Source: Octopus vulgaris
Taxonomy: Eukaryota
DNA length: 64,000 bases
NCBI GenBank assembly: GCA_951406725.2
Contig: OX597814.1
Span: forward strand, 205,096,001 to 205,160,000
Reading direction: 5' to 3'
The translations under genes were made by a program, and so were the position numbers. The notes under the pieces are model-generated. The model saw only the letters and a list, made by a program, of their open reading frames with translations, did no database searches and was not told the origin of the DNA. Shown one piece after another: positions 1 through 11,082 of the stretch (position 1 is the first letter of the stretch; each line of letters begins with the position of its first letter).

Positions 1-302
1 GTGTCCAAGCAAATATAAAGAAACCATATTTACAGTCCCTATGGCCAGTTCAGGGGTTCATCAATGTAGTTAATGTACGAGGGGGGGGCAAACACCACAT
101 AACAAGACGAGACTTCTTTGGGAAAAATCGATTGTAACATTGCATGGTTTCTTATTTAAGGGGTCATGCTCAGACCAGTCCAAATATTCGAAATTTTTTT
201 TAAATCAAAAAAAAAAAAAAAAAAAGAAAAGAAAATTATACAAATAGCCGTATTAAAGTAAAGCCAGCCTCGTCGGTTTCAATTCCCTGTAAAGACTAAA
301 TG

Positions 303-1120
303 ATTTAATTACTTCGACAGTTTATTCCTATACACTTTTAAGAAGGTAGACGAAAATTTATGGATGCAAAAAGGGATCACATCAGTAAATTTATTCAAGA
401 TGTTTGGTTCAAAAACATTTAAGGATGGTAAGGGATTCCCTTATACACAGCTTATATTTCCTTTGAAGTTAGGGGTTCTAGAAACGATGGACCATTCTAG
501 ATAATAATTCTTGTTATTCCTCTTCAAATCATGTACATGGGATGCAAGTGTGGTTGAATTACAGAATTACACTACTTATCCTTAGAAAACGAACTCATAT
601 GAGATCTCTATATCTAGCTTTAAAATCTACCATACTACCTATATAAAATTCATTTAATTTATCTTCGTCCATAACTAATATATTCGACGTTAGTAACCGG
701 ACAGGAACGATCCAAGGGGCATAATTCGGAGTTTCTACAATTACATTTCTTCCCAGGGCTTTTTCTAGTTTTATCTTTATTTTTACATTTACTTTTTGTA
801 TCATCAGTTCTCGCCAGGTTTCCTTCTTTCATTTCGTCAGATCTTCCCTTACTACTCGGGTTCGATAAACCCGGTGAAAGCAAGCTGCTTGTACCATTTA
901 TTATTCACAGGTCTGGGGTTACCCTCAGAGGAACATCCCCAGCAAGTTTGCTTATATTAATAGATGCAATAATCGAGGCGAAATTAGGCATTACAGAGTA
1001 AGAGAACTTGATAGTTGACTTGTTACAAATACTATAGTATTTGTGATTCCTTGGGAAGTTCTCCTTCAAAATTCTAAAAAACATTTTTGGTAAGTTCCTT
1101 ACTCTAAGGAACTTACCATT
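303..1120 (-). mobile_element. Penelope-like retroelement remnant (RT C-terminal linker + GIY-YIG endonuclease), frameshifted
   Basis: Minus-strand translations FRILKENFPRNHKYYSICNKSTIKFSYSVMPNFASI, KCNCRNSELCPLDRSCPVTNVEY, EFYIGSMVDFKARY, STTLASHVHDLK..LEWSIV and NILNKFTDVIPFCIHKF follow the motif order of PLE RT-linker and GIY-YIG domains. Confidence 0.85.
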
Positions 1121-2320
1121 TTAGACTGTCGTGCCCTGTCCGGATTTGTGGTTGAGCAAGTTGGAGAGGCAAATCTTTCGCTTTTTGTGGAAGGGCTTCC
1201 CTCCTCTTGTAAGATGTTCTATTTGCTGCCAGAAACCGTTAAAGGGTGGGTTGGGGATGCCTTGGCTAATGATGCGCAGACATGGCTCTACCTGGATGGT
1301 AAGCGGGTGTGGTCTCCGCTCACTAGACAGATTTTCCCCGGCTTTACCGGCTTTGGTGATAGAGAAAACTGGTTTCATCGCAGAGTGCTGCAAAGCACTT
1401 CTCCAGTTCCGCAGTACAGGCAATGCCAGCGGTTTCGGTACCACCACAGCGTTCTATAGCAGGTTGGTAGAGGCTGGAAATGACAATGACTTGGGGAGGA
1501 CCCTGAGTCTTGATGATAACCATCCTTAAATGATTTTGAACCAAACATCTTGAATAAATTTACTGATGTGATCCCTTTTTGCATCCATAAATTTTCGTCT
1601 ACCTTCTTAAAAGTGTATAGGAATAAACTGTCGAAGTAATTAAATAAACTCACCAGACATGGCCATCCTGGGCCGTCGGCCTGCCTAAGATGTGAGCGGG
1701 ACGTGGAAACCGTCCTGCACGCTATTGTGCAGTGTCCTGGCGTTTTAGAAGTGTGGGTTTACGCGGAACACCTGTTGACAGATGTGAGAAGAGTACAGCT
1801 ATCAGCTGAATCGATTCTAAAAAATCAACCCACCGGACTTCCTTACGGATGAAGGTAAGAACTGTTTTCTCATAGTAGTAGCAATTGCGAAAGAGATGAT
1901 TTGAAAGTCGAGGATGAAAGGTTTTGTGACAGACTGCTTCATATCTGAACCCGCCTTGGTAAAGGTTTTTACGTTTCACCTGAAAAGAAAGGTGGGGCTG
2001 GAGAGAAGGTATCTGTCACAGAGTGTGTTTCAAAAACGATGGACGCGTGTTGCCCGCATGTTTGGAGTGAAAGGCCCTGCGTGAGCACGTCATAACGGAA
2101 ATGCAAGGTGTCGGTTAAAAGGGCAGGGCTCGTGGGGTCGGAGCAAATCTGTCTTCTTTTAACCTCATGTTGTCCTCATTGTTTGTGTCCCATTTTTGTG
2201 TCTTTTGTGTCCCATTCGATGTTATCATGTTTTTATAAATGTTTAACCAGCTCATTCGTTGTATATGACCCCCAGATCATATTGTGCTGTCCCCTCTATG
2301 TTCGTCTGAATGGACAATAA
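1121..2320 (+). mobile_element. L1/Tx1-clade non-LTR retrotransposon ORF2 3' fragment, degenerate, interrupted at 1520-1645
   Basis: LERQIFRFLWKG..CCQKPLKGGLGMP (post-RT motif) and a CxxC-x7-H-x4-C knuckle (CLRCERDVETVLHAIVQC) at about 1683-1736; stops and frameshifts present. Confidence 0.8.
1520..1645 (+). repeat. Inverted copy of Penelope segment 303-428
   Basis: Near-exact reverse complement of 303-428. Confidence 0.9.
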
Positions 2321-2324
2321 TAAA

Positions 2325-2900
2325 ATCTTTTCCCAAAGAAGTCTCATCTTGTTATGTGGTGTTTGCCCCCCTCGTACATTAACTACGTTGATGAACCCCT
2401 GAACTGGCCACAGGGACTGTAAATATGGTTTCTTTATATTTGCTTGGACACTGGCTTTTCTTAATAGGTTTCTCCTTATCTTAAAAAGTAACTTTTAATC
2501 GTAAAAAAATTCTTAATCGATGAACTTTTATCTATACCTTATATATTTATGTTTCTTATATATACATATTCTTATATATTCATTATTCTAGGTGTTCTAC
2601 TGCTAAAAAAAATTTATCTTAGACACTGAAGTATTAAGTTTTAATTTCTTATATTGCGACAGACTGTACTCACATTTTTTTATATGCTTGTCTAATGAAA
2701 TATTGTTTCATCTTCTGAGATTTTATGCATCCGTATTCTATGTATAAGAAAAAGCATTCTGTTTCTTTATCTGTGATTAAATGTTCGAGATGTGATATGT
2801 TAAGTGGATGACCTTAAATTTGTTGTTTGTTCTACAACCAAAGTTTGTTATACTCGTCTCATTTACTTGCGCACTTCTCTTGCAGCCCTATTAACCCTCT
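2325..2900 (+). repeat. Probable Penelope 3' UTR/pseudo-LTR copy; 2325-2451 is the reverse complement of 1-127
   Basis: tcccaaagaagtctc...tgcttggacac matches the window start in inverted orientation. The extent beyond 2451 is inferred. Confidence 0.7.
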
Positions 2901-2918
2901 TGTTCCTAATAAGAAACA

Positions 2919-2949
<31 letters not shown>

Positions 2950-3073
2950 AGTTCAGCAAAATTTTAACAATCAAATCAACCTCTCTTTCTGCATATTTAC
3001 CCTCTTTATAATGGTGGCAAATGAAATAGAAATAAGTATATGTATTGTTCGTTTGATGGAAGACTTCTATAAA

Positions 3074-3157
3074 TGGCTGAAGATTGCTTAACATTTTAAA
3101 ACTGATGTAATGCTTACAATGTTTTTTAAAACGAAGTAGCATGAAACGATCGTACCA
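3074..3157 (+). ncRNA. Minimal type-I hammerhead ribozyme motif
   Basis: tgg-CTGAAGA-t-tgct...agca-t-GAAAC-GATC-GTA-cca: intact core, stem I tgg/cca, palindromic stem III ACGATCGT, GUA cleavage triplet. The cassette is flanked by (TA)n at about 2924 and 3193. Confidence 0.75.
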
Positions 3158-3190
3158 AATTACCGAAGATATACTTGTTGCTTATTTTGA

Positions 3191-3231
<41 letters not shown>

Positions 3232-3455
3232 CATACATACATGCACGATGGGCTTCATTCAGTTTCTGCCCACCACATCCACTCACAAGGTTTTGGTCAG
3301 CCCGAGGCTATTGTAGAAGACACTTGCCCAAGGTGCAACACAATGAAACTGAACCTCAAAGCATGTGGTTGAGAAACAGACTTCTCGCCATGCCTGCACG
3401 TATGAGGATGTCGCTCACTTAAATCGTTGTTTAACAAAGTATTTGCATTGTTTAG

Positions 3456-3535
3456 GTCATTCTGGTGGACGAAAGAAAAAATCCAGAAAAACATCAAACC
3501 GGAAAAAGAAATCAAAACGCGGGAAAAATAAAGAG
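3456..3535 (+). CDS. Gene A exon (basic, NLS-like HSGGRKKKSRKTSNRKKKSKRGKNKE)
   Basis: tttag acceptor and gtattt donor; ends phase 0, matching the next exon. Starts phase 1, so earlier exons probably lie upstream of the window. Confidence 0.75.
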
Positions 3536-4325
3536 GTATTTTGAATGAATCTTTAATAATTACAATTAATGATTAATAATTAGTAAATTTAAACGTTTTT
3601 CATTAAGGAAGTTCATTGAAACTGGTGAGGTTTGAAACCGATACCTGTTGATTGGTTATACCTCTACAATACATAAAATATTTTAATTTTAAAAATATTA
3701 TGTTGAATAATATTTGATTATAAAAATATAAAAGGGTTTGTGAGACATCAAATGGCTACTGGGATTCAGTAGAATAAAAAGAGGAATCGAAGGTGTCTGC
3801 TGGTAAAAAATGGTCAAGGAATACTGGATTAGACCCACGTGCAGCCAGGTCCTATTAAAGATCAACATGCTTGCAAGGGTCAGACAGAATTTGTTGAAGC
3901 AGATTTTCTATGGCTGGATGCCCTTCATGTCAACAATTGAACTCTTGACCTTATGTTCACAAGCTGAACACCCTAACCACTAAGCCATGTGCCTTCACAC
4001 ACACACAAACACACAAACACATATATACTGTATATATACGTGAAGAAAATTTTGAAAATGGAGATATAGTATTAATTTATTAACTGCAAAAATCCAACAT
4101 ATTCTCTTACAACTGTTTCAATTTAGCAAAAAGATTAAATTACAGTAATTAAATTAAATTAATGAGATTATTTTAATCTCTAATTATATATATATATATA
4201 TATATATACATATATATTTTTCGAGTAGCGTGCGTATTGCGAAAAAAATTATATGGTTAATGGACAATATGTCCAATTTTTCGGCATATTTGGCAATAGA
4301 AATCTTTTCCTTGCCCTCATTTATG

Positions 4326-4357
<32 letters not shown>

Positions 4358-4360
<3 letters not shown>

Positions 4361-4506
4361 TAGGTATGGCTGTGTGGTATCCACATGGTTCTGGGTTCAG
4401 TCCCACTGTGTGGCACCTTGGGCAAGTGTCTTCTACTATAGCCTCAGGCTGACCAAAGCCCTGTGAGTGGATTTGGTAGATGGAAACTGAAAGATGCTCG
4501 TCATAT

Positions 4507-4540
<34 letters not shown>

Positions 4541-4571
4541 ATATACACACATATATATATATATATATAGG

Positions 4572-4604
<33 letters not shown>

Positions 4605-4850
4605 ATATATGTATGTATATGTTTGTGTGTTGGTGATTGTCACACCTACCATCACTTGACAACCAATGTTGGTGTGTTTACATCCCCTGTAACTTAGCTG
4701 GTCGGCAAAAGACATGCAATAGAATATATACTAGGCTTACAAAGAATAAGTCTTGATGGTGATTTGTTTGACTAAAAGCAGTGCTCCAGCATGGCTGCAG
4801 TCAAATGACCGAAACAAGTAAAAGAATAAAAGAATATGAGAATAAGAGAA
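4358..4850 (+). mobile_element. tRNA-derived CORE-type SINE (family A)
   Basis: B-box-like GGTTCAGTCCC, CORE-like CACCTTGGGCAAGTGTCTT, internal (TA)n and AAAGAAT tail. Many other copies lie in the window. Confidence 0.85.
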
Positions 4851-4878
4851 TAAGCTTGGTTTTTGTATTTTCTTTCAG

Positions 4879-5120
4879 AATGACTTCCATGATTGCAAAG
4901 TTCTTGACACGGATTCTGAGAGTTCTTCTGAAGATGATGGTAATTCAAGTGATGCCTGTGGTGATTCTTGTGGAAAGAATTTGAATAAGAATAGGAAACC
5001 AAAGAAAGAGAGAAAAGAGATTCCAGGTCAAAGGCAAGCAAGAAATGAAGAAATGGAAGAAGGCCATCAAACGGAAAAGGAGGAAAAAGAAAATGGTAAG
5101 AATGAAGAGGATGGAAACAA
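4879..5120 (+). CDS. Gene A exon (acidic/charged low complexity, NDFHDCKVLDTDSESSSEDD...EEDGN)
   Basis: tttcag acceptor, gtaagt donor, open frame, phase 0 to 2. Confidence 0.85.
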
Positions 5121-6040
5121 GTAAGTTGAAGAATTTTGGTGCTTCTGCCCTCCTCCTAATATATTATATCATATGGTCCTGTGATAGATTAGACTATTGG
5201 ATGTTGTTATACATCACTGGTCACAATGCACTTAGCATTGTTTTAGCCTTTGAATGGTGCCACCCCACTGGCTAGGTGAGCAGACCAACATTCACCCCAG
5301 TTGGGAGACTATTCCGTCACAGGGTGACCTGTTTACAGCCGAGTGAACTGGAGCTGTGTGAAAGGAAGTATTTTGCACAAGAACAAAGTATGCTGCTCAG
5401 TCTGGGAATTGAACCCACAATCAATAGATTGTAAGTACAGCACCCTAACCATTTGGCCACACACCTTCACAATATACTATATAGAGGGGAAAAACATGTA
5501 AATAATTTTTGTTTTTAACGTAGGTACAAGGCCAACAACATTGAAGTGAAGGACTTAGTCAAAACCGTCAATTTCAGTACTGAACTGGTGTTTTATATTA
5601 TTGACTCCAAAAGGATAAGAGGCAAAGTTGACCTCAGCAAGTTTTGAGCTAAAACAGAGCTAGAAGAAATATCGGTCCCAATTTCTGGAGAGGAGGGGGC
5701 TACTAACTCACATCAGCCCTAGTGTTCAGCTAGTACTTATTTTATCGACTCCAAAAAGATGCAAGGCAAAGTCAACCTTAGTAGAATTTGAACTCAGAAC
5801 AGAAAGAGAATTGAGATGCCACTCAGCATTATGTTTGGCCATACTAATGAGTTGGCCTTAAGTTGGGCCAATATTACATGCTTTAATACACTAAAAACGT
5901 TTTTCCTGAATATGAGCTGCTGAAATTGGGGTTGTCTAATATAACACCTGTCTTTTATGCTGTCAAATATGGTAATCATGAATACTGTCCCCTAAATTTG
6001 AACCCTTGTGCTTATATAAGAAATCAATATTTTGTTTCAG

Positions 6041-6176
6041 CCTGGAGAAAACTTCTAGCTTTGAGTTTGGGAAAGAGATTCCTGCTTTACCAGGTTATAA
6101 CCCTGAGTTAAAGATGCCACGGAGACTTTCCACAAGAAAGAGATCAGCTTTGTCCCCAGTGAAGAGAAATAAAACT
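6041..6176 (+). CDS. Gene A exon (LEKTSSFEFGKEIPALPGYNPELKMPRRLSTRKRSALSPVKRNKT), probable GC donor
   Basis: tttcag acceptor in phase 2. The only nearby donor giving the phase 0 needed by exon 8699 is gcaagt at 6177. Confidence 0.75.
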
Positions 6177-6367
6177 GCAAGTGGACATTTTCTCATTTCT
6201 TTTCAACGTAACATTTTCTAGTCATTTCAATAACCACAGAGGAATATTCTCTGATCATCCTAAATCAAGCTGACTTAGGATCAAAAGCCTTCCAGCCATG
6301 ACTAACCTGTCACATGCATGGCATATTTTGGTTTACATTATCTAACATGTTTGTCTTTTTCTTAAGA

Positions 6368-6628
6368 CAGTGCTGGTGGCACGTAAAAAGCACCAACCGA
6401 TCATGGCCGCTGCCAGCCTCCCCTGGCTCCTGTGCCAGTGGCATATAAAAAACACCCACTACACTCATGGAGTAGTTGGCGTTAGGAAGGGCATCCAGCC
6501 GTAGAAACACTGCCAGATCAAACTGGAGCCTGGTGTAACCTCCTGGCTTCCCAGACCCCAGTCAAACCGTCCAACCCGTGCTAGCACAGAAAGCAGACAT
6601 TAAACGATGATGATGATGATGATGATGA
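6368..6628 (+). mobile_element. Short repeat family D (RTE-like 3' end with (GAT)n tail)
   Basis: GGCGTTAGGAAGGGCATCCAGC...TTAAACGATGATGAT. Related copies at about 18715-19205(+), 20270-20935(-), 24365-24600(-), 25785-26180(-), 39897-40035(-), 60890-61088(-) and 61960-62190(+). Confidence 0.8.
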
Positions 6629-7035
6629 GTACAGTGTAAAATGCAAACAATTTGATTACTATTTGTGCAGGTGAAGCAATGATGAAGAGGGGCTCCCTCA
6701 TTGGCCCATGTTTGCATGTGCGTAGGCACATAAACGGGTAGTTAGGGTATTCACATCTTTAAAATTATTATGGTCAAGAAATACAAACTATTTTTAATAA
6801 ATTCTAAAAATGCAATATTTGTCTGTCTGCCAGCCTGCCTCCCTTTGTCTCTCTCTCTCTCTCTCTCCCTCTTTATATATATATAATATATATGGTAAAT
6901 GTTTTTCATTTCCAAATTTATTCCCGTCGAATTTTATCCGTTATTTTTGTGGTTTATAGAACCTAGATGTTCTCCCTAATGTGTTGAATCTCACACTAAG
7001 TGGATTCCTTATGTGTATAAATATGCACTATATCG

Positions 7036-7076
<41 letters not shown>

Positions 7077-7080
<4 letters not shown>

Positions 7081-7601
7081 GGTGAGTCAAAAAGTAATGC
7101 CATTTTGTTTAGGACAGGTATAATTACCAACACAGGAACATGTATCATACATCAAAATGAAGCTGGTCCTCTGTGGATCACATCCCTACTTCTCAACATA
7201 GTCACCGTTTCTCTCAATAGCAATGTTCCACCTTTGAATGAGAACATGTATCCCTGTCCCGTAAAATTCTGTTGACTGTTCTTTGAGCCACTTCTTCGCT
7301 ACAGTTTTCAATTCCTCGTCACTGGAATAATGTTTGCCTCTCAAACCCTCTTTCATGGGACTGAAGAGATGATAGTCCAGTGACGAAGAAGTGGCTCAAA
7401 GGACAGTCAACAGAATTTCACGGGGCAGGGATACATGCTCTCATTTGAAGGTGGAACATTGCTATTGAGAGAAACGGTGACTATGTTGAGAAGTAGGGAT
7501 GTGATCCACAGAGGACCAGCTTCATTTTGATGAATGATACATATTCCTGTGTTGGTAATTATACCTGTCCTAAACAAAATGGCATTACTTTTTGACTCAC
7601 C

Positions 7602-7605
<4 letters not shown>
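7077..7605. mobile_element. Mariner-derived foldback MITE (two transposase 3' ends in inverted orientation) inserted in (TA)n
   Basis: Arms 7077-7298 and 7384-7605 are near-perfect reverse complements. They encode a mariner C-terminus (KKWLK.QSTEF..GIH.LI.RWNIAIERNGDYVEK*). TA flanks. Confidence 0.9.
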
Positions 7606-7644
<39 letters not shown>

Positions 7645-8083
7645 ATAGATATAAAAGAATGAACAGAGTGTAGATTTTGTTCAAATCATACTATGCAGGT
7701 TTCTGTGGTATGGCTATTTATTTGATCATAAACGTATTACATAATGTGGATTACATAAGCAAGCCATTTCTTCAGGCATTTTGGGTCACAGACTGGTAAA
7801 ATCGATTTACTATGAAAACATGCATAATATAATTTCAACAAATCTCCATTCTATTCATATTCTTTATTATATTTTACTCTGCATTAAATGTGCAGTGTAT
7901 ATGTATATTGCTGAGTGTCAGATGAATGAGAAAGGAGTGCTCAATACATTGTAGAATATATAGATTTTTTTATTAAAACTGAAGCTGAGACTTTGTTTCA
8001 TCACTCAAGTTTTATGTGTGCATGTGAATGCATTAAATAATGTGTGGTTGTATATATGATTCTAAGAAAACAGGTATATATAT

Positions 8084-8189
8084 ATAACCTGATGAGTGGC
8101 TATATTTATATTGAAGTGATTTTACTACTACTATTAATTTTTTTACTATAATCATTTCTTAAATATAGCCACGAAACATGTGTCATTAT
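8084..8189 (+). ncRNA. Minimal type-I hammerhead ribozyme motif with long stem II
   Basis: CTGATGA (8089-8095), 13-bp perfect stem II GTGGCTATATTTA/TAAATATAGCCAC, then GAAAC-ATGT-GTC. Stem I (ataac/attat) has one mismatch. Confidence 0.8.
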
Positions 8190-8266
8190 TCTACCAATTA
8201 TATATGTTTTATTTATTATTTTGCAATTTACTTAATCTTCGGTATATTATTGTTATTTTATATTTA

Positions 8267-8592
8267 ACTAGCAGTATCGCCCGGCGTTGCTCGGGTTTGT
8301 ATGGGAAATAACTATATAAGCATTTTTAGAGAGTTACTTCCCTTATATAATAGCAAAAAATGCATTAAAAATGGAAAAAATGATGGTAATTTTTTTTTAA
8401 ATCGTAGACATTTTTAGAGAGTTACTTCCCTTATATAATAGCAAAAAAAATGCATTAAAAATGGAAAAAAATGATGGCAAATTTTTTTTTAAATCGTAGA
8501 CTCATCGTAGACGCGCGCTAATACCCAGAAGGGCTCGATATGAATCACGACTATAAGATACCCGGTTTTGGTTAAACTGCACCGCAAAATGT
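8267..8592 (+). mobile_element. Non-autonomous Helitron/Helentron-like element
   Basis: 5' end AACTAGCAGTATCGCCCGGCGTTGCTCGGG (short hairpin) and an internal ~88-bp tandem duplication. A related 5' end is at 19891. Confidence 0.55.
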
Positions 8593-8698
8593 GGTAATTT
8601 TCTAGGTGGTGTAATTTAATTGTTCATTTTGAATTGATAAAAGGTGGTTTTTTTCAAATTTTTATATATATTTACCATATATGGTGTTGTTTCTTTAG

Positions 8699-8776
8699 GA
8701 GCCTGAGAAAATAACAGAACCAGAAAGAAGGATGTTTAGTTCTTCCAAATTCATGAAAACAGAGATAAAATATGAT
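8699..8776 (+). CDS. Gene A exon (EPEKITEPERRMFSSSKFMKTEIKYD)
   Basis: tttag acceptor, gtgagt donor, 78 nt, phase 0 to 0. Confidence 0.85.
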
Positions 8777-9300
8777 GTGAGTTTAATTTCATTTCATTAA
8801 AATCTATAAATCACTTTTCGTTTTGTTCTCTGGTGACGAACACATAATTCTTCAGTGTTCATCTTGTGTTCATCTTGGATTCATCTTGTGTTCATCATAC
8901 ATTCCTCTAGTGTTCACCCCATAACTCTCTTGTGATCTCCAGAAAGTGCTTTTGTGTTCATCGCAGAGTTCTTTTGTAGGGTTTACTACACGATACTCTG
9001 CTTTTCAGCATTCTTCACACATCTCTGTAATGTTTGCCATTCTCTGCACTGACCTCCAGCAAGCAGTATTTACCCTTCACGACAGCTAACTTTGCAACAG
9101 AGGGGCTGGACATGTTTACGCAGAAGATTGCAAACAAATGACACTGCATGTACAACAGTGATACTTGTGTACATAACATCAAGACAAAGGGACTCAAATA
9201 CACACACACACACAAACACACACATAAATATACATACACATAAACACACATACACACACACACTCCCATACATACACACCCACTCATACACACACACACA

Positions 9301-9348
<48 letters not shown>

Positions 9349-9819
9349 ATATTTTTGTCATAGAAATGGCTTTCAAACCCACTTTCGATGGGAAAAGTCA
9401 AAGGCTTTCTGGACCTGTTTGCAAAAGAATTATTTCACATTTTCTCAAACTGTTTATAAAATCTTATGCTTGACATGTCTCAGAGAGAGAGGGAGAGAGA
9501 GAGAAAGAGAGAGAGAGGAGGTGGAGAAGTGCCCCATATATATAGGCATAACTGAGTGGTTTGAGGGTTTCATTTTTGTTGTCATGGACGGGTCTTCTTG
9601 AGCACAACTTTTATTAAAAATCTTTCTGTAATATATATATATAAATATCATACAGAGTGCACTGGGTGCATAAAAAAAGTCCCCAGTACATCCTGTAAAG
9701 TGGTTGGTGTGAAGAAGGGCACTGGAAGCCTGGTGCAGCTCTCTGGCTTGCCACCTCCTGTCACATGGTCCAACTCATGCCATCATGAGAAACAGATGAC
9801 GGTGATGTGATGTGATGTG

Positions 9820-9881
<62 letters not shown>

Positions 9882-9967
9882 ATACACACACACACATGAG
9901 GATTCTACATAGTTTCTGTCTGAAAAAGTGTATGTTTCCCATTTCTGATTCCTTGTGTTCATTTCAG

Positions 9968-10061
9968 AAAGAGAATATGCAATCTTGGCTTAAAGAACAA
10001 CTTGACTTTAGTTTGAAACCTTGTCGCTTTGAGTTACCTGTTGACAGTCGACAACTTGAAG
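9968..10061 (+). CDS. Gene A exon (KENMQSWLKEQLDFSLKPCRFELPVDSRQLE)
   Basis: tttcag acceptor, gtaaat donor, phase 0 to 1. Confidence 0.9.
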
Positions 10062-10329
10062 GTAAATAATCCACAATAATCCCACACAGATTATCAGATA
10101 TGATTATCTAGGAGATTAACTTTCTTTGTGCTTGTTTTCATGTGATGTTGTTTGAATAATTGACAATGTATCCTCCACTGCATGTGATAATATTGTCTCA
10201 GTGCATGACGATATTGCTGCATGTGATATGTTATCATATGACGAAATTATCAGAGGAAGTGGTGAAGTTTATCATGGAGATTAACTTGTTTGTTTGAGCT
10301 TCTCATTTACTCCAGACATGTGGCAGTAA

Positions 10330-11060
10330 CATTATCAGATATGTTGCTGCCGCACTATCATATATCGAGGTAACATTATCATATCACATGTAATAGTAAC
10401 ATTCTTATATGTAGTGGACACAGTATTGTCATATAATGAGGAAGTATACCCCATGTGACAACGTTATCACATGTAGCAGTGACTGTTGAATATAGCAGAG
10501 CATGATCACATTGTAGCATATCACATGCAGCAGTAACTATTAAGTATAGAGGAGCATAATCACATGGTAGCATATCACATGTAGCAGTGACTATTAAATA
10601 TAGCGACAGCATAATCATATGGTAGCATATTACATAGTAGCGTATCACATGTAGCAGTAACTATTAAATATAGCTGCAGCATGATCACATGGTAGCATAT
10701 CACATGTAGCGGTGGCTATCAAATATAGCAGCAGCATGATCACATGGTAGCATATCACATGGTAGCATATCACATGTAGCAGTGACTATTAAATATAGCA
10801 GCAGCATAATCACATGGTAGCATATCACATGTAACAGTGACTATTAAATATAGCGGCAGCATAATGACATGTAACAGTGACTATTAAATACAGTGCAGCA
10901 TGATCACATGGTAGCAAATCACATGTAGCAGTGACTATTAAATATAGTAGCATATCACATGTAGCAGTTTCTATTAAATATAGCGGCAGCATGATCACAT
11001 GGCAGCTTATCACATGTAATAATACCAAAACTCACTGAGACAACATCATCACATGTAGTC
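10330..11060. repeat. Minisatellite, ~50-55 bp unit (TATCACATGTAGCAGTGACTATTAAATATAGCAGCAGCATGATCACATGGTAGCA)
   Basis: About ten imperfect tandem units are visible. Confidence 0.9.
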
Positions 11061-11082
11061 TGTATATATTATGTAGATCATC

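Noticed and set aside
2620-2715. CTGAAGT-atta...taat-GAAAT-ATT-GTT hammerhead-like remnant in the Penelope UTR copy
   Set aside because: Two core deviations and no convincing stem I. It may be a decayed ribozyme but is not supportable.
7685-7780. Minus-strand CTGAAGA...GAAAC with an atggct/agccat stem
   Set aside because: Six extra nucleotides precede GAAA and there is no stem I pairing.
10330-11060. Regularly spaced repeats as a CRISPR-like array
   Set aside because: Eukaryotic context, tandem units without unique spacers, and no cas genes.
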